DNA of 64,000 nucleotides from an uncultured archaeon (GCA_964619365.1 CAZUDQ010000007.1:22179-86178), one strand, 5' to 3'. Shown: positions 28,620 through 38,377, counted from the stretch's first letter. Notes: a model not told the origin generated them from the sequence alone. Numbers and translations are program-made.

Positions 28620-29173
28620 GGTCTGCTCATTTTTGCCATATCCTCGTAAGTCTTAATTACCGTTCCGTGATATGGGTGCCTCATAGAATCTGCCATTAGC
28701 TCTTTTGAATGATTCTCAAGCTGTTTTTTATCGAGCGTGCTATTAAACTTCATAAATTTCTTAAATCCTCTTTCTGAAGGGAAATTGCGTCTAAGCTGTG
28801 CAAGTCTAAATGCGTTTTCAGGACCGACGTTGTGATACTTAAGAACTTCATTTGTTGTTTTTATGCTGTGAACATTATTTGCTCTTGCAACAAGCTGCAA
28901 GTCCTTTGCCGTTTTGACTTTAGGATGGCTTGCAGCGGCTTCAGTTTCTTCTGGATGATTCTGGACAATGTAACGTGTGAAATGTTCAAGGCTTGCGCCG
29001 TCTATTTTTCCACTATAAAGCTTGTGCTGCTTGCTTGCCGCATTTACCGCGTCTGCCCCCCATGAATCCTGAAGCCTTCTGACTTCCGGGTTGCTTACTA
29101 CCATTGGTTTTTTCCTAAAGAAAAATCCAAAAAAGCCTCTTTTTTTAGGGGCTCTTTGTTTTGGTTTTGGCAT
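28616..29173 (-). CDS. Basic orphan protein with MPKPK leader
   Basis: 185-aa ORF with upstream TATA-like GCTTTTATC; no recognisable family. Confidence 0.55.
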   Translation of the reverse strand: MPKPKQRAPKKRGFFGFFFRKKPMVVSNPEVRRLQDSWGADAVNAASKQHKLYSGKIDGASLEHFTRYIVQNHPEETEAAASHPKVKTAKDLQLVARANNVHSIKTTNEVLKYHNVGPENAFRLAQLRRNFPSERGFKKFMKFNSTLDKKQLENHSKELMADSMRHPYHGTVIKTYEDMAKMSRP

Positions 29174-29286
29174 TTGTTTTCAATTAAGTTTACAATAAAA
29201 GGGATAAAAGCTAAGCTTTTATTCAACAAGAAGCAAAATCGCAAACTTTTAAAATGGGTTCGGGGGGATATTTTTGTTCTCAATAA

Positions 29287-30171
29287 TCACATAGCTCTTA
29301 GTTTCTCAATTCTTTGTTCTATTGGCGGGTGTGTCGCAAAAAGCGAGTTAAGGGCGCTGTGTTTTGGGTCTGCGATATAAAGGTGGGATACTGCGTCACT
29401 TACCTTTTTGTTTCCCTTGTTAAGCTTTGCTATCTTCTCTAGAGCTGAGGCGAGCCCGGGCGGGTATCTTGTTATCTTTGCTGCTGTGGCGTCAGCCAAA
29501 AACTCGCGCTTTCTTGATATTGAAAGCTGGACAAGCCTGACTACTATTGGGGCGATGACGGCAAACAATATTGCGACAAGAAGTATTATGCCATTGTCGT
29601 CACGCCTGCCGCCGCCAAATATCATCCCGCGAAGGAAGGTCTGCCCGATTATTGCAACAAGACCGACAAAGACTGCGACAAGAAGCATATAGCGGATATC
29701 GTAGTTTCCGATATGGCTCATCTCGTGGGCAAGAACACCTTCAAGCTCCTGGCGGTTTAGCTTTTCGAGCGCGCCTTTTGTAACTGCAATTGATGCATGC
29801 GCAGGGTCTCTTCCAGTAGCATATGCGTTTATGTCTTTGTCAGGTAGTATGTAGACTTTTGGAACAGGAATTCCTGAGGCCAGCGCAAGCCCTTCAACAG
29901 CATTCATCAAATAAAGGTTTTTTCCGGGTTCAGCAAGCTTTGCTTTTGTTGACCTAAGGACGACTGAATCGCCTTTGTAATAAGAGAATACAGCATCGAC
30001 TATGACAAGAGCGGCAAGTATCGGCAAGATTAGGTACATCCAGCCCGGCGCAAATGCCTGGGCAATTACCCACAAAAGAATCGCAACTATGACTAGGACT
30101 ATTATCACAAGAAAGATTGAATCCCTCTTGTTCTTCCCTATCTCAGTATAGAAATTTATCTTTGCTGACAT
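29287..30171 (-). CDS. htpX: Zinc metalloprotease HtpX (M48 family)
   Basis: INAYATGRDP, LAHEMSH, SRKREFLAD, ATHPPIEQRI. Confidence 0.93.
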   Translation of the reverse strand: MSAKINFYTEIGKNKRDSIFLVIIVLVIVAILLWVIAQAFAPGWMYLILPILAALVIVDAVFSYYKGDSVVLRSTKAKLAEPGKNLYLMNAVEGLALASGIPVPKVYILPDKDINAYATGRDPAHASIAVTKGALEKLNRQELEGVLAHEMSHIGNYDIRYMLLVAVFVGLVAIIGQTFLRGMIFGGGRRDDNGIILLVAILFAVIAPIVVRLVQLSISRKREFLADATAAKITRYPPGLASALEKIAKLNKGNKKVSDAVSHLYIADPKHSALNSLFATHPPIEQRIEKLRAM

Positions 30172-30204
30172 CTAAACCTTGTTTTTTAACAAAAAAACTG
30201 TCCC

Positions 30205-30765
30205 TTAGTCGAACTTGACTTTTGGGACTGCCTTCTCGCTTTCTTCAATCTCAAAATAAGGTTGTTGAGTTCTTGAGCCTGCAAACCAAACGCCGGGGAT
30301 CGTCTGAATGACGTTGTTATAATTTAGCGCCGCATCGTTGTAGAACTGGCGTGCGTATGCAATCTTGCTTTCAATGCCATCAAGCTGCTCCTGGAAAGTC
30401 CTGAAGTTCTCACTTGCCTTAAGGTCCGGATAATTTTCAGCGACTGCAAAAAGGCTTTTAAGGGCTCCTGTCAGTTGGTTGTTTGCTGCGGCTTTCTTTT
30501 CTACGGTCTGAGCGCCAAGGATTGCAGAGCGCGCTTTTGTGACTTCATAGAACACAGTCTTTTCGTGCTTAGCATAAGCCTTGACCGTCTCAACAAGATT
30601 CGGAACAAGGTCTGTCCTCTTTTTGAGTTGGACGTTAATTTGTGCCCATGCATTTTTTGTCGTGTTAAAAGACCTTACAATCTTGTTCTTGTAGTATATC
30701 ACGATTAAAATCGCGATTCCTGCGATAATTAGTATCGCTATTAAGAGCCACATTATTGCGTCCAT
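30205..30765 (-). CDS. lemA: LemA family protein
   Basis: [39 protein letters not shown]; ATG at 30765. Confidence 0.93.
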   Translation of the reverse strand: MDAIMWLLIAILIIAGIAILIVIYYKNKIVRSFNTTKNAWAQINVQLKKRTDLVPNLVETVKAYAKHEKTVFYEVTKARSAILGAQTVEKKAAANNQLTGALKSLFAVAENYPDLKASENFRTFQEQLDGIESKIAYARQFYNDAALNYNNVIQTIPGVWFAGSRTQQPYFEIEESEKAVPKVKFD

Positions 30766-30766
30766 T

Positions 30767-31423
30767 TTATTTTTTTGATTTTTTGTTTTTAGCTTTATAT
30801 GGATTTGCCTTGGCGTATTCACCCGCGGCGGCAACAAGGTTTGTCGAGACAAATTCAGAATCCGGTCTTGTTAAAAGGTAGAAATAGCTGATAAGGCCTA
30901 TTATTAGCGCACCTATGCCGTCAACGACAAGATCTCCCATGGTGTCATCGTTTCCGTGCTGAAGGTCCTGGTCGAAGAATAAGTCGCCTGTGTACTCGCC
31001 AATCTCCCAGATTACACCAAATGAGATTGTAAGAAGAACAACAAATATCACCATAAGCTCCCTGCTCATCCTAAGGCTCGTGTAGCGGTTAAGGATATAT
31101 ACTAATGTGAATGCAAGGACTGCAATTGTCGCGCATGATGTAAAGTGGGCAATCTTGTCAAATCCTGGGATTGTTATATACCAGCCATTGACATTTCCTA
31201 CCTGATGCAAATAAAGGGCAATTGTTATTACCAAGGTAAGTGCAACAGGAAGCTGCATCTTCATATCGCGCTGGACTATTGCCGGGATAAAAGTCACAAA
31301 GAGTGAGAAGAGACCCCACCCTACCCAGAACCACTCGCCAAAGAAGGCGGCGCTAGCGCAAGAGATAAGAATTAATATCTGAAGTATTACGACAATTATT
31401 CTTCCAGTCTCATTCCAGTCCAT
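30767..31423 (-). CDS. DUF2238-like integral membrane protein
   Basis: FDKIAHF, WEIGEY, DDTMGDL motifs within multiple TM helices. Confidence 0.7.
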   Translation of the reverse strand: MDWNETGRIIVVILQILILISCASAAFFGEWFWVGWGLFSLFVTFIPAIVQRDMKMQLPVALTLVITIALYLHQVGNVNGWYITIPGFDKIAHFTSCATIAVLAFTLVYILNRYTSLRMSRELMVIFVVLLTISFGVIWEIGEYTGDLFFDQDLQHGNDDTMGDLVVDGIGALIIGLISYFYLLTRPDSEFVSTNLVAAAGEYAKANPYKAKNKKSKK

Positions 31424-31458
31424 CTTAAAGTTATTTGTTTGGCAAATATAAAGGGAGC

Positions 31459-33516
31459 TTAAGTCTTAAATACCCACTTGTGGCTTCCTATGAAATTCAC
31501 GCCAAAGACAAGAAGCATCGCCACGACTTCTGAAAGCAGGTAATTGACGTCCCATGAAAGTAGGACTGAGAATATCCCCATGTTAAGGGCAAATGTGGCG
31601 ACATTAAGTGCAACATACTTTGCAAACATGCGACCGTTGCTGTTAAGCCGCGCGTCTGAAAAGCCCCATGAGTGGTTTAGTGCATAGCTAAAGACTGTCG
31701 AACATAGAAGAGAGAAGAAAAGCGGTGTTAAGCCTGAACCGAAAACAAAGTTTGTAAAAGCATAAAGGAGTATTAAGTTTAGTATTGATGCGAAGAGGCT
31801 CACAAGCCCGTACTTGACGAATTTTATGAAGTCGTGGTTCTTCCAGTTGAAGTACTTGCACTCAGGGTCAACGGCCTTGACCATATCAACAATCATATCT
31901 TTTGACTGCCCTGCGTACGGGCGCTTTCCAAATTTCATTTTGCCGGCGGCCCGATGCATGAAAATCCCTGAGGCAAGACAAACGATACCACCCAATAAAA
32001 AGAGGTACATACCGATTCCAACGCCCCAGTTAACAGTCGCATTGATTTGTCCGCCAAGCGACATGGATTCAGTTCCTCCAAAGACTCCCTTTGAAAGAAT
32101 CTCCGGAATAAGATCTGCTTCAAAATCAAGCACCATGCTGTTTGAATCGGCTGGCAAAATGACTTCAAGGGATGAGAAAACAGATATTATGAGAAGAAAG
32201 ATTATTATTGAAAGAACGCCGACAGAAAGGAAATGGCGCGAGAGTATCTGGCCGCTTTTTGCGACAACCACGTCAAGAAGCATGACGACAAGAAAACCTA
32301 TGAATATCAGGCCAAATGGTATTGGAAAATTAAAGACTGTGACCATCCCGGTCTCACCAAGCCCGTTTACAGAAAGGCCGTTTATCCCGCCAAAAGATAC
32401 CAGGTGCGCTGATTCGCCTGCCCCATAGCGCCCGCCAGTGATATTTATTGAGACGTCATACCAAGAAAGACCCACTCCCAAAAGGAGAACTGCCATTGCA
32501 ATTATCCCTATTACCAAGGGTTTTTTAAAGGGATTTGAAAAGAAGAGATCGACCTGCAATCCTATTGTATAATAAATCTTTGGTATGTGATATAATTTCC
32601 ACGCACAAACCGCTGATAAGAAGATGAGGAAAAATAACCATAAATTGTATAAAAACCAGTTCCAGAACTCGTATTGGGCCGACGGGACTTTCTGCTCCAT
32701 TGCCCAGCCTGCCGGGTCGTCCCATGCGTCTTTATTGGTGATTATGTGTGGCGGTCCAAATGGTCCGCTCACTTCAGAAAGGGGACTCGTATCATTTAGT
32801 ATTTTGCCCCAGCGCCCGCCGTATAAAAGCCATTTGTTAGAAGCATTATCTTCCTCTATAAAAAATATTTCGGCTTTTTCGGGACTTATCACGTCTCCAT
32901 TTCCTGCGACCTCGTCGTTCCTTAATCCAAATTGCCCGTTATAGCTGTGAAAATAACTTGTGTGTGAGCCTTTTGCCGGATAAAGAACCGGGTTTCCATT
33001 CTGTTTTTCAACTGCGTCCCAGGCAAGCCTTTGCCCTGAATTATCCTGCATATAAGCGGCCCATACTGGTTCGCCGTTTTCGAAGAGGAATGTGACCATC
33101 TCCCAGTCTCCCTCGTGTTTTGCAACAGAGCCGTCGTCATAAGGGTAATAGAACCAATACTGGAGGGCAGTTGTTCCATTGCCATAATCGACTTTGCGCG
33201 CATAATAAGTAATTTTGGGCGTATTTGCAGAGTAGAATTCCTCGATGTCCCCCAAATCTCCAAGAACTGTCGTTATGTAATAGTCAGGCCCGGAATAAGG
33301 AGCCATTATGCTTGTTTCTATCGGAGCGCCGTCAATTATGGTCCCGTTTATGATGAGGTTGGAGTTATTAAGGGCAAAATCGATTGGAGTTGCAAAAAAC
33401 GTCTCCTCCATATTATATTTTATGACAGGAGCATATTCCTCAATAGGGCTTGCAAGGATTCCTGCCGGGAGGATGAGTAAGAGCGCTACTAGCATTAATG
33501 TGACTTGTCGTTTCAT
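31459..33516 (-). CDS. Vps62-like domain plus multi-TM region plus C-terminal GtrA-like domain
   Basis: Signal peptide; LQYWFYYPY...HEGDWE, AKGSH, GRWG, GPFGP; C-terminal FIKFVKYGLVS...NFIGSHKWVFK. Confidence 0.6.
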   Translation of the reverse strand: MKRQVTLMLVALLLILPAGILASPIEEYAPVIKYNMEETFFATPIDFALNNSNLIINGTIIDGAPIETSIMAPYSGPDYYITTVLGDLGDIEEFYSANTPKITYYARKVDYGNGTTALQYWFYYPYDDGSVAKHEGDWEMVTFLFENGEPVWAAYMQDNSGQRLAWDAVEKQNGNPVLYPAKGSHTSYFHSYNGQFGLRNDEVAGNGDVISPEKAEIFFIEEDNASNKWLLYGGRWGKILNDTSPLSEVSGPFGPPHIITNKDAWDDPAGWAMEQKVPSAQYEFWNWFLYNLWLFFLIFLSAVCAWKLYHIPKIYYTIGLQVDLFFSNPFKKPLVIGIIAMAVLLLGVGLSWYDVSINITGGRYGAGESAHLVSFGGINGLSVNGLGETGMVTVFNFPIPFGLIFIGFLVVMLLDVVVAKSGQILSRHFLSVGVLSIIIFLLIISVFSSLEVILPADSNSMVLDFEADLIPEILSKGVFGGTESMSLGGQINATVNWGVGIGMYLFLLGGIVCLASGIFMHRAAGKMKFGKRPYAGQSKDMIVDMVKAVDPECKYFNWKNHDFIKFVKYGLVSLFASILNLILLYAFTNFVFGSGLTPLFFSLLCSTVFSYALNHSWGFSDARLNSNGRMFAKYVALNVATFALNMGIFSVLLSWDVNYLLSEVVAMLLVFGVNFIGSHKWVFKT

Positions 33517-33581
33517 GTCTGCTTTATTTTTAGTTTTTGTTATCAAAAAGTTTTAGTTTGCAGTTTAGTATAATAAAGGCA

Positions 33582-34439
33582 ATGTCTAAAAGCCCTAAAT
33601 TAAAACCCTGGAAAAAGCCCTTGCGTGCTCAGGATATATTATTCGATGCCCTTTTGGTCTTTGCTGTTGCCGTATTCATTGTTATAATCTATGCTGTTGC
33701 GATAGGGCCTTACTCGCTTTGCGTTGAAACAATAGAACTCGAGCTGCCGGGTGAGTCTTGTGTGCGCTTTGCTCTTATTGCGGATCTGCATCTTACAAGC
33801 GAGTATGCTGCCGAACATGCAAAGCACGCTGCAGAGGAGATAGCAGAGCTTTCTCCCGATTATATAATAATTGATGGGGACATAATAGATTCTGAGGAGA
33901 CGGGGCTAAAATATGTGGATGTCCTTAATGAATTTCCTGCAAATAAGACTATTGTCACCCTTGGGAACCATGAATACGGGTGGGCGGCAGAAAACGAGAC
34001 TCTTGCAAACGAGTTTTCAGACTGGCTTGTTGATAATGGGTTTATCCTCCTTAGAAATGAGAATATGCGAATAGAGCGAGACGAAGGCGACATCTGTCTG
34101 ATTGGTGTTGATTCCCTTTGGTCTGGAAACGCGGATTTAGACAAAGCTTACGCGGGCGTCTCTAACTGTACAGAAATCCTCATTTCACATAACCCCGATA
34201 TCATGTGGGAACTCGGGAATTACTCCCCGGACATTACTCTTTCAGGCCACACACATGGTACTCAGGTTTGCGTTCCTGTGATAAACTGGGGCTTTTCCCC
34301 GTCAAACATAACTGAGAACTGCAGTCGGGGCGAATATGAAATAGAAGGAAACAGACTCTACATCACTAGGGGCCTTGGAAGTACCTACCCCATAAGGTTT
34401 AACTCAAACCCTGAGATTACGATAATCGATGCTTGTTAG
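33582..34439 (+). CDS. Membrane-anchored calcineurin-like metallophosphoesterase (YkuE-like)
   Basis: ADLH, GDIID, LGNHE, SHNPD, SGHTHG motifs. Confidence 0.9.
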   Translation: MSKSPKLKPWKKPLRAQDILFDALLVFAVAVFIVIIYAVAIGPYSLCVETIELELPGESCVRFALIADLHLTSEYAAEHAKHAAEEIAELSPDYIIIDGDIIDSEETGLKYVDVLNEFPANKTIVTLGNHEYGWAAENETLANEFSDWLVDNGFILLRNENMRIERDEGDICLIGVDSLWSGNADLDKAYAGVSNCTEILISHNPDIMWELGNYSPDITLSGHTHGTQVCVPVINWGFSPSNITENCSRGEYEIEGNRLYITRGLGSTYPIRFNSNPEITIIDAC

Positions 34440-34876
34440 CGGTTTTCTTTCAGCACTTTTTTTATTATGTTCCAGCGGCGGTTCTCCTTAGACCTGTAGC
34501 TAAGCTCCCAATATAAAAAGAGGAATGCGACTGTCACCGATATCGCGCCTGAAAGCAGGTAAGGCAGAGCAAAAAGTATTGTTATTAGGATATAAACTAG
34601 TATATTTACAAGACCGACAAAAAGCAAAAGTACAAAGCGCTTGAAAAGAGGCTGGGTCCCATCCCAAAAGCGCTTTCCACCGAATCCCGCCCGCCTTGCG
34701 ATAAGATATGATAATATAATTGTTATATACGCCGCAAAAAGGACTGCAAGAATCGAGTTCCCAAGAAATAATTCTGTAAAAACGACAAGAAGTATCAAGT
34801 TTGCGAGCAATGCAAAAACATACAAGTTCAACACTTTTTTGCTGTGTGTGGTTCCTTTGCCATCCTTTTTTGCCAT
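34436..34876 (-). CDS. Small four-TM protein, GtrA-like
   Basis: Four hydrophobic helices with sequence resembling the GtrA domain of 31459..33516. Confidence 0.5.
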   Translation of the reverse strand: MAKKDGKGTTHSKKVLNLYVFALLANLILLVVFTELFLGNSILAVLFAAYITIILSYLIARRAGFGGKRFWDGTQPLFKRFVLLLFVGLVNILVYILITILFALPYLLSGAISVTVAFLFLYWELSYRSKENRRWNIIKKVLKENR

Positions 34877-34955
34877 TGCTTAGTTCTAAAGGGACGGAAA
34901 ACAAAAAGAAGCGTCTTTGCTTTTATTCTTCCAAATCAAAATAAGAAAAGAAACA

Positions 34956-35957
34956 ATGGCAAGCCAAAAGTCTAAGGAAATCGCGCTAAAGCTTGAAGGT
35001 CTCGGCAAGAAGTACGGGGACTTTGAAGCGGTTAAGGATATTGACCTCGAAGTCTATGACGGAGAAGTATTCGGCCTTCTTGGACCAAACGGCGCAGGAA
35101 AAACGACAACAATTTCAATGATTGTTACGATGCGCCGCCCGACAAGTGGCACAGCATCAGTCTACGGCCACGATATAATTCATGAGAAAGATGATGTCAG
35201 AGAGTGTTTGGGCATAGTCTTTCAGGACCAGACCCTTGATAAAGAGCTAACAGCTAGAGAGAACCTTGACATTCACGCAATGCTTTATGGCATCCCAAAA
35301 AAAGAAAGAGAGGCACGTATAAAAGAGCTTGTTAAGATTGTGAAACTTGAGGACAAACTTGATGAACGTGTAAAGAAATTCTCGGGTGGAATGAAACGAA
35401 GGCTTGAAATTGCAAGAAGCCTGATACATCAACCAAAAATAATATTTCTAGACGAACCCACAACAGGCCTTGATACACAGACTCGGGCCGCTATATGGGG
35501 TTACATAAAGACTCTTAATCAGGAAAAGGGAATAACGATAATTTTAACCACTCATTATATGGATGAAGCTGATGCCGCATGCAGCCGCTTGGCAATAATT
35601 GACCATGGCAAAATTGTTGCTATGGGCTCTCCAAAGGAGCTAAAGGATGAGCTCGGGGGGGATATCATAACTATTGAGACTGCAGATTCTGAAGAATTAC
35701 GGACTGCCCTTAAAAAGATGAAATGGGCAAAATCCATTAAAGTACATGATAAGGAAATTGCAATCAAAGCTGAGAAAGGTGAAAAAAGACTTGTTGAAAT
35801 TGTCAAATTGGCTGAGAAGATTGGAACAAGTATAGTCTCACTAAATCTTAGAAAGCCTACTTTAGATGATGTTTTTATCCACTACACCGGAGGGAGCATA
35901 AGGCAGCAAGCGGCAGACTCGCGTGATAATATGAAACATATGCCAATGAGGCGATAA
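34956..35957 (+). CDS. ABC-2 exporter ATP-binding subunit (DrrA-like)
   Basis: GPNGAGKTT, FSGGMKRRLEIA, LDEPTTGLD, TTHYMDEA, KPTLDDVF. Confidence 0.93.
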   Translation: MASQKSKEIALKLEGLGKKYGDFEAVKDIDLEVYDGEVFGLLGPNGAGKTTTISMIVTMRRPTSGTASVYGHDIIHEKDDVRECLGIVFQDQTLDKELTARENLDIHAMLYGIPKKEREARIKELVKIVKLEDKLDERVKKFSGGMKRRLEIARSLIHQPKIIFLDEPTTGLDTQTRAAIWGYIKTLNQEKGITIILTTHYMDEADAACSRLAIIDHGKIVAMGSPKELKDELGGDIITIETADSEELRTALKKMKWAKSIKVHDKEIAIKAEKGEKRLVEIVKLAEKIGTSIVSLNLRKPTLDDVFIHYTGGSIRQQAADSRDNMKHMPMRR

Positions 35958-35971
35958 GCATTAAGCAGACT

Positions 35972-36745
35972 ATGGAAAAAAGACACGAACTTGAAGGCGT
36001 TTATGCCCTTTGGAAAAGGGAGATAATAAACTATTTCCGCGCGCACTCAAGGATAATCGGAAGCGTCGGGATGCCGCTATTCATATTCATAATTCTTGGT
36101 TCGGGGCTGACTGGAGTCATTGACTCAAGCGCGATTCCAGGTGGGGAAGATTACTTAACATTCCTGGCTCCAGGAATTATTGCAATGAGCCTTATGTTTG
36201 CTTCAACCATGGCTGGCGTTATTGTCATAATGGACAGGCAGTTTGGTTTCTTAAAAGAGACTCTTGTGGCGCCCATCAGACGAGTTTCTATTGTTACTGG
36301 AAAGGCTCTAGGTGGCGCTACGACCTCAATGATTCAGGGGACAATCGTTCTTTGTGTAGCTCTCCTTGTCGGGGCGAATATTGAGATTCTGGCAATAATC
36401 CCTGCAATGATATTCATGTTCCTTGTGGCAACGATGTTTGTAACTCTTGGAATAGCAATCGCCTCAACAATGGAGGATTTTCAAGGCTTCCAGCTGATTA
36501 TAACTTTCCTTGTGATGCCTATGTTCTTTTTGTCAGGTGCCATGTTCCCGCTTGATTCTGCGCCTGAGGCACTGCAGATCGCCGCGTACCTTGACCCTTT
36601 GACTTATGCTGTTGAAGGCCTAAGGGACCTTTTGACAAGTGCTGAAGGACAAATACCGTTTTACATCTGTCTTGGTATAATACTTCTTTTTGATGTGATA
36701 TTCTCAGCAATCGCAATCCGACAGTTTAGCAGGATAGAAGAATAA
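35972..36745 (+). CDS. ABC-2 exporter permease
   Basis: FLAPGII, DRQFGFLKETLVAP, FLSGAMFP, PLTYAVEGLR. Confidence 0.92.
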   Translation: MEKRHELEGVYALWKREIINYFRAHSRIIGSVGMPLFIFIILGSGLTGVIDSSAIPGGEDYLTFLAPGIIAMSLMFASTMAGVIVIMDRQFGFLKETLVAPIRRVSIVTGKALGGATTSMIQGTIVLCVALLVGANIEILAIIPAMIFMFLVATMFVTLGIAIASTMEDFQGFQLIITFLVMPMFFLSGAMFPLDSAPEALQIAAYLDPLTYAVEGLRDLLTSAEGQIPFYICLGIILLFDVIFSAIAIRQFSRIEE

Positions 36746-36783
36746 GCATCTTGGTTTATCTTCGTCTAAGGGCTAATCAAAAC

Positions 36784-36882
36784 AGCTTCGATGAGGATGC
36801 GAACAACCCCTGAATAAAGGGTTTATGGTAGTCTAAACTGCCTAAGGCTTTTTCTGATGACAAATAGGCGAACTGAGAGGCT
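36784..36882 (+). ncRNA. Box C/D methylation-guide sRNA targeting the 23S rRNA A-loop (predicted Um2552 and Cm2558, E. coli numbering)
   Basis: Terminal stem AGCTTC/GAGGCT; C box ATGAGGA 36791-36797; D' CTGA 36810-36813; C' CTGATGA 36854-36860; D CTGA 36873-36876; guides complementary to GGGUUGUUCGC and UUCGCCUAUU. Confidence 0.85.
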
Positions 36883-37225
36883 AACTCAAATATTCTGTAA
36901 ACTTGTTGTTCTCATCAACGAGGATAACCTTGGGACTTATTGGCTCGTCAGTAAGTTCAAAAGCCATAATTATGACCGTATCGCCTACTTTAACAAGGTT
37001 TGCAGCAGCGCCGTTAAGGCAGATTACACCTGAACCTTTTTCTCCCGCGATTGCGTAAGTTTCAAGGCGGTTTCCGTTATTGATGTCTGCAATCAGGACT
37101 CGCTCGTTTTCAAGGATTCCCGTCTTTTCCATTAACTCAGAATCTATTGTTATGCTACCAATATAATCTGGCTCGGCTTGTGTGACTGTTGCCCTATGAA
37201 TCTTTGCGTGGAGGATTTGTTTCAT
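36881..37225 (-). CDS. panD: Aspartate 1-decarboxylase (pyruvoyl-dependent)
   Basis: [17 protein letters not shown] (G-S autocleavage site), [19 protein letters not shown]. Confidence 0.95.
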   Translation of the reverse strand: MKQILHAKIHRATVTQAEPDYIGSITIDSELMEKTGILENERVLIADINNGNRLETYAIAGEKGSGVICLNGAAANLVKVGDTVIIMAFELTDEPISPKVILVDENNKFTEYLS

Positions 37226-37237
37226 TTAAAAGAGGTT

Positions 37238-37492
37238 TTAGTCGTGCTCATAAAACATCTTGTCCTGCGTTTTATCAGCCTTTCTGATGTACTCAATAAG
37301 CATTGCGGCGTGTTCTTTTTCCTCGTCGCGGTTGTGCTCAAGAATCTTTTTTAGGGCTTTATCTTTTGTCACTTCAGCGCGTTCCTGGTACCAGTTTATC
37401 GCTTCAAGTTCTTCAATTAAGGACTGGCGTGCGCGCTCAAGGTCCTTTGTCTTCTCGCCTAAGTTTTCCCTGCCTTCGTGTTCTCCAGTCAT
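37238..37492 (-). CDS. Encapsulin-associated ferritin-like protein (EncFtn type)
   Basis: RARQSLIEELEAINWYQER...ILEHNRDEEKEHAAML ferroxidase motifs. Confidence 0.88.
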   Translation of the reverse strand: MTGEHEGRENLGEKTKDLERARQSLIEELEAINWYQERAEVTKDKALKKILEHNRDEEKEHAAMLIEYIRKADKTQDKMFYEHD

Positions 37493-37594
37493 TTTGATTT
37501 CGGTATAATAGAAAGTCTGGCTTATTAATCTTTTTCAGAGATATTTTGTTTAATAATTCAAAAACATTAAAGAAAGGTGGGATTTGAGTGTAAA

Positions 37595-38377
37595 ATGAAT
37601 TTGAAAAAACTTATAAAGGGGGAACCAAAGGAAAAGCCAAATTTCAAAAAGATAGCACAAAAGCAACCTTTGTGGGGTAATGCAAAAAGCATATTTGAAA
37701 ACTTAATAAACTCCAAAGTATTTGTGATACATACTGTAACGGATGACAATAAGAAGCCTATTGTCTTTGTAGATCAAAATCCAAGGTCATTTGTGCCCAT
37801 CTTTACTAAGGAGGGGAATGTTAAGCACTACTTGACGGATTATAAAGAGGGGATAGCAGAGAGTGCAAAACATATCTATCCAAAAGGCCTTAAGCATATC
37901 AATTTCTATTTCCCTGAGATGGATGCGAAGAAATTCTTTACTTGGGCTTCAAAAGTGGGAGTACCCAACGTTGTGATAAATCCATATACCAAGGAACCCA
38001 TAAACCTAAACAAGCAAGAAATCAAGTATCTGGCAAAGGGGGATATTGCGGCAGATTACGAACCTGCATTAACTATACTGGAAAGCAAACTATCCAAGCT
38101 ATTTGAAAAAACAGATTCAGTAAAAGAGGCTTTTTTCGCCGTGAGTCTAGAAGGTCCAGGTCTTTTGGAATACTCATTAATAATCATTACCAAAAAGCTC
38201 TCGGATAAAGAACTTGCTGAACTTTCTAATAAAAAAATCGGGTCAGTATTAAATGGACTCTGTAAAGACTACGCGGTAAGTGTTTCTATATTTCAGGGAG
38301 AATCGAATAGGACAGAAAAGGATGAGAAAGAAGGGAAAATCGTAAAGTTCTATTCAAAAATAGGGATTCTAACTTGA
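37595..38377 (+). CDS. SseB-family protein (N- and C-terminal domains)
   Basis: FVPIFT, VVINPY, and C-terminal VKEAFFA...KFY patterns. Confidence 0.55.
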   Translation: MNLKKLIKGEPKEKPNFKKIAQKQPLWGNAKSIFENLINSKVFVIHTVTDDNKKPIVFVDQNPRSFVPIFTKEGNVKHYLTDYKEGIAESAKHIYPKGLKHINFYFPEMDAKKFFTWASKVGVPNVVINPYTKEPINLNKQEIKYLAKGDIAADYEPALTILESKLSKLFEKTDSVKEAFFAVSLEGPGLLEYSLIIITKKLSDKELAELSNKKIGSVLNGLCKDYAVSVSIFQGESNRTEKDEKEGKIVKFYSKIGILT

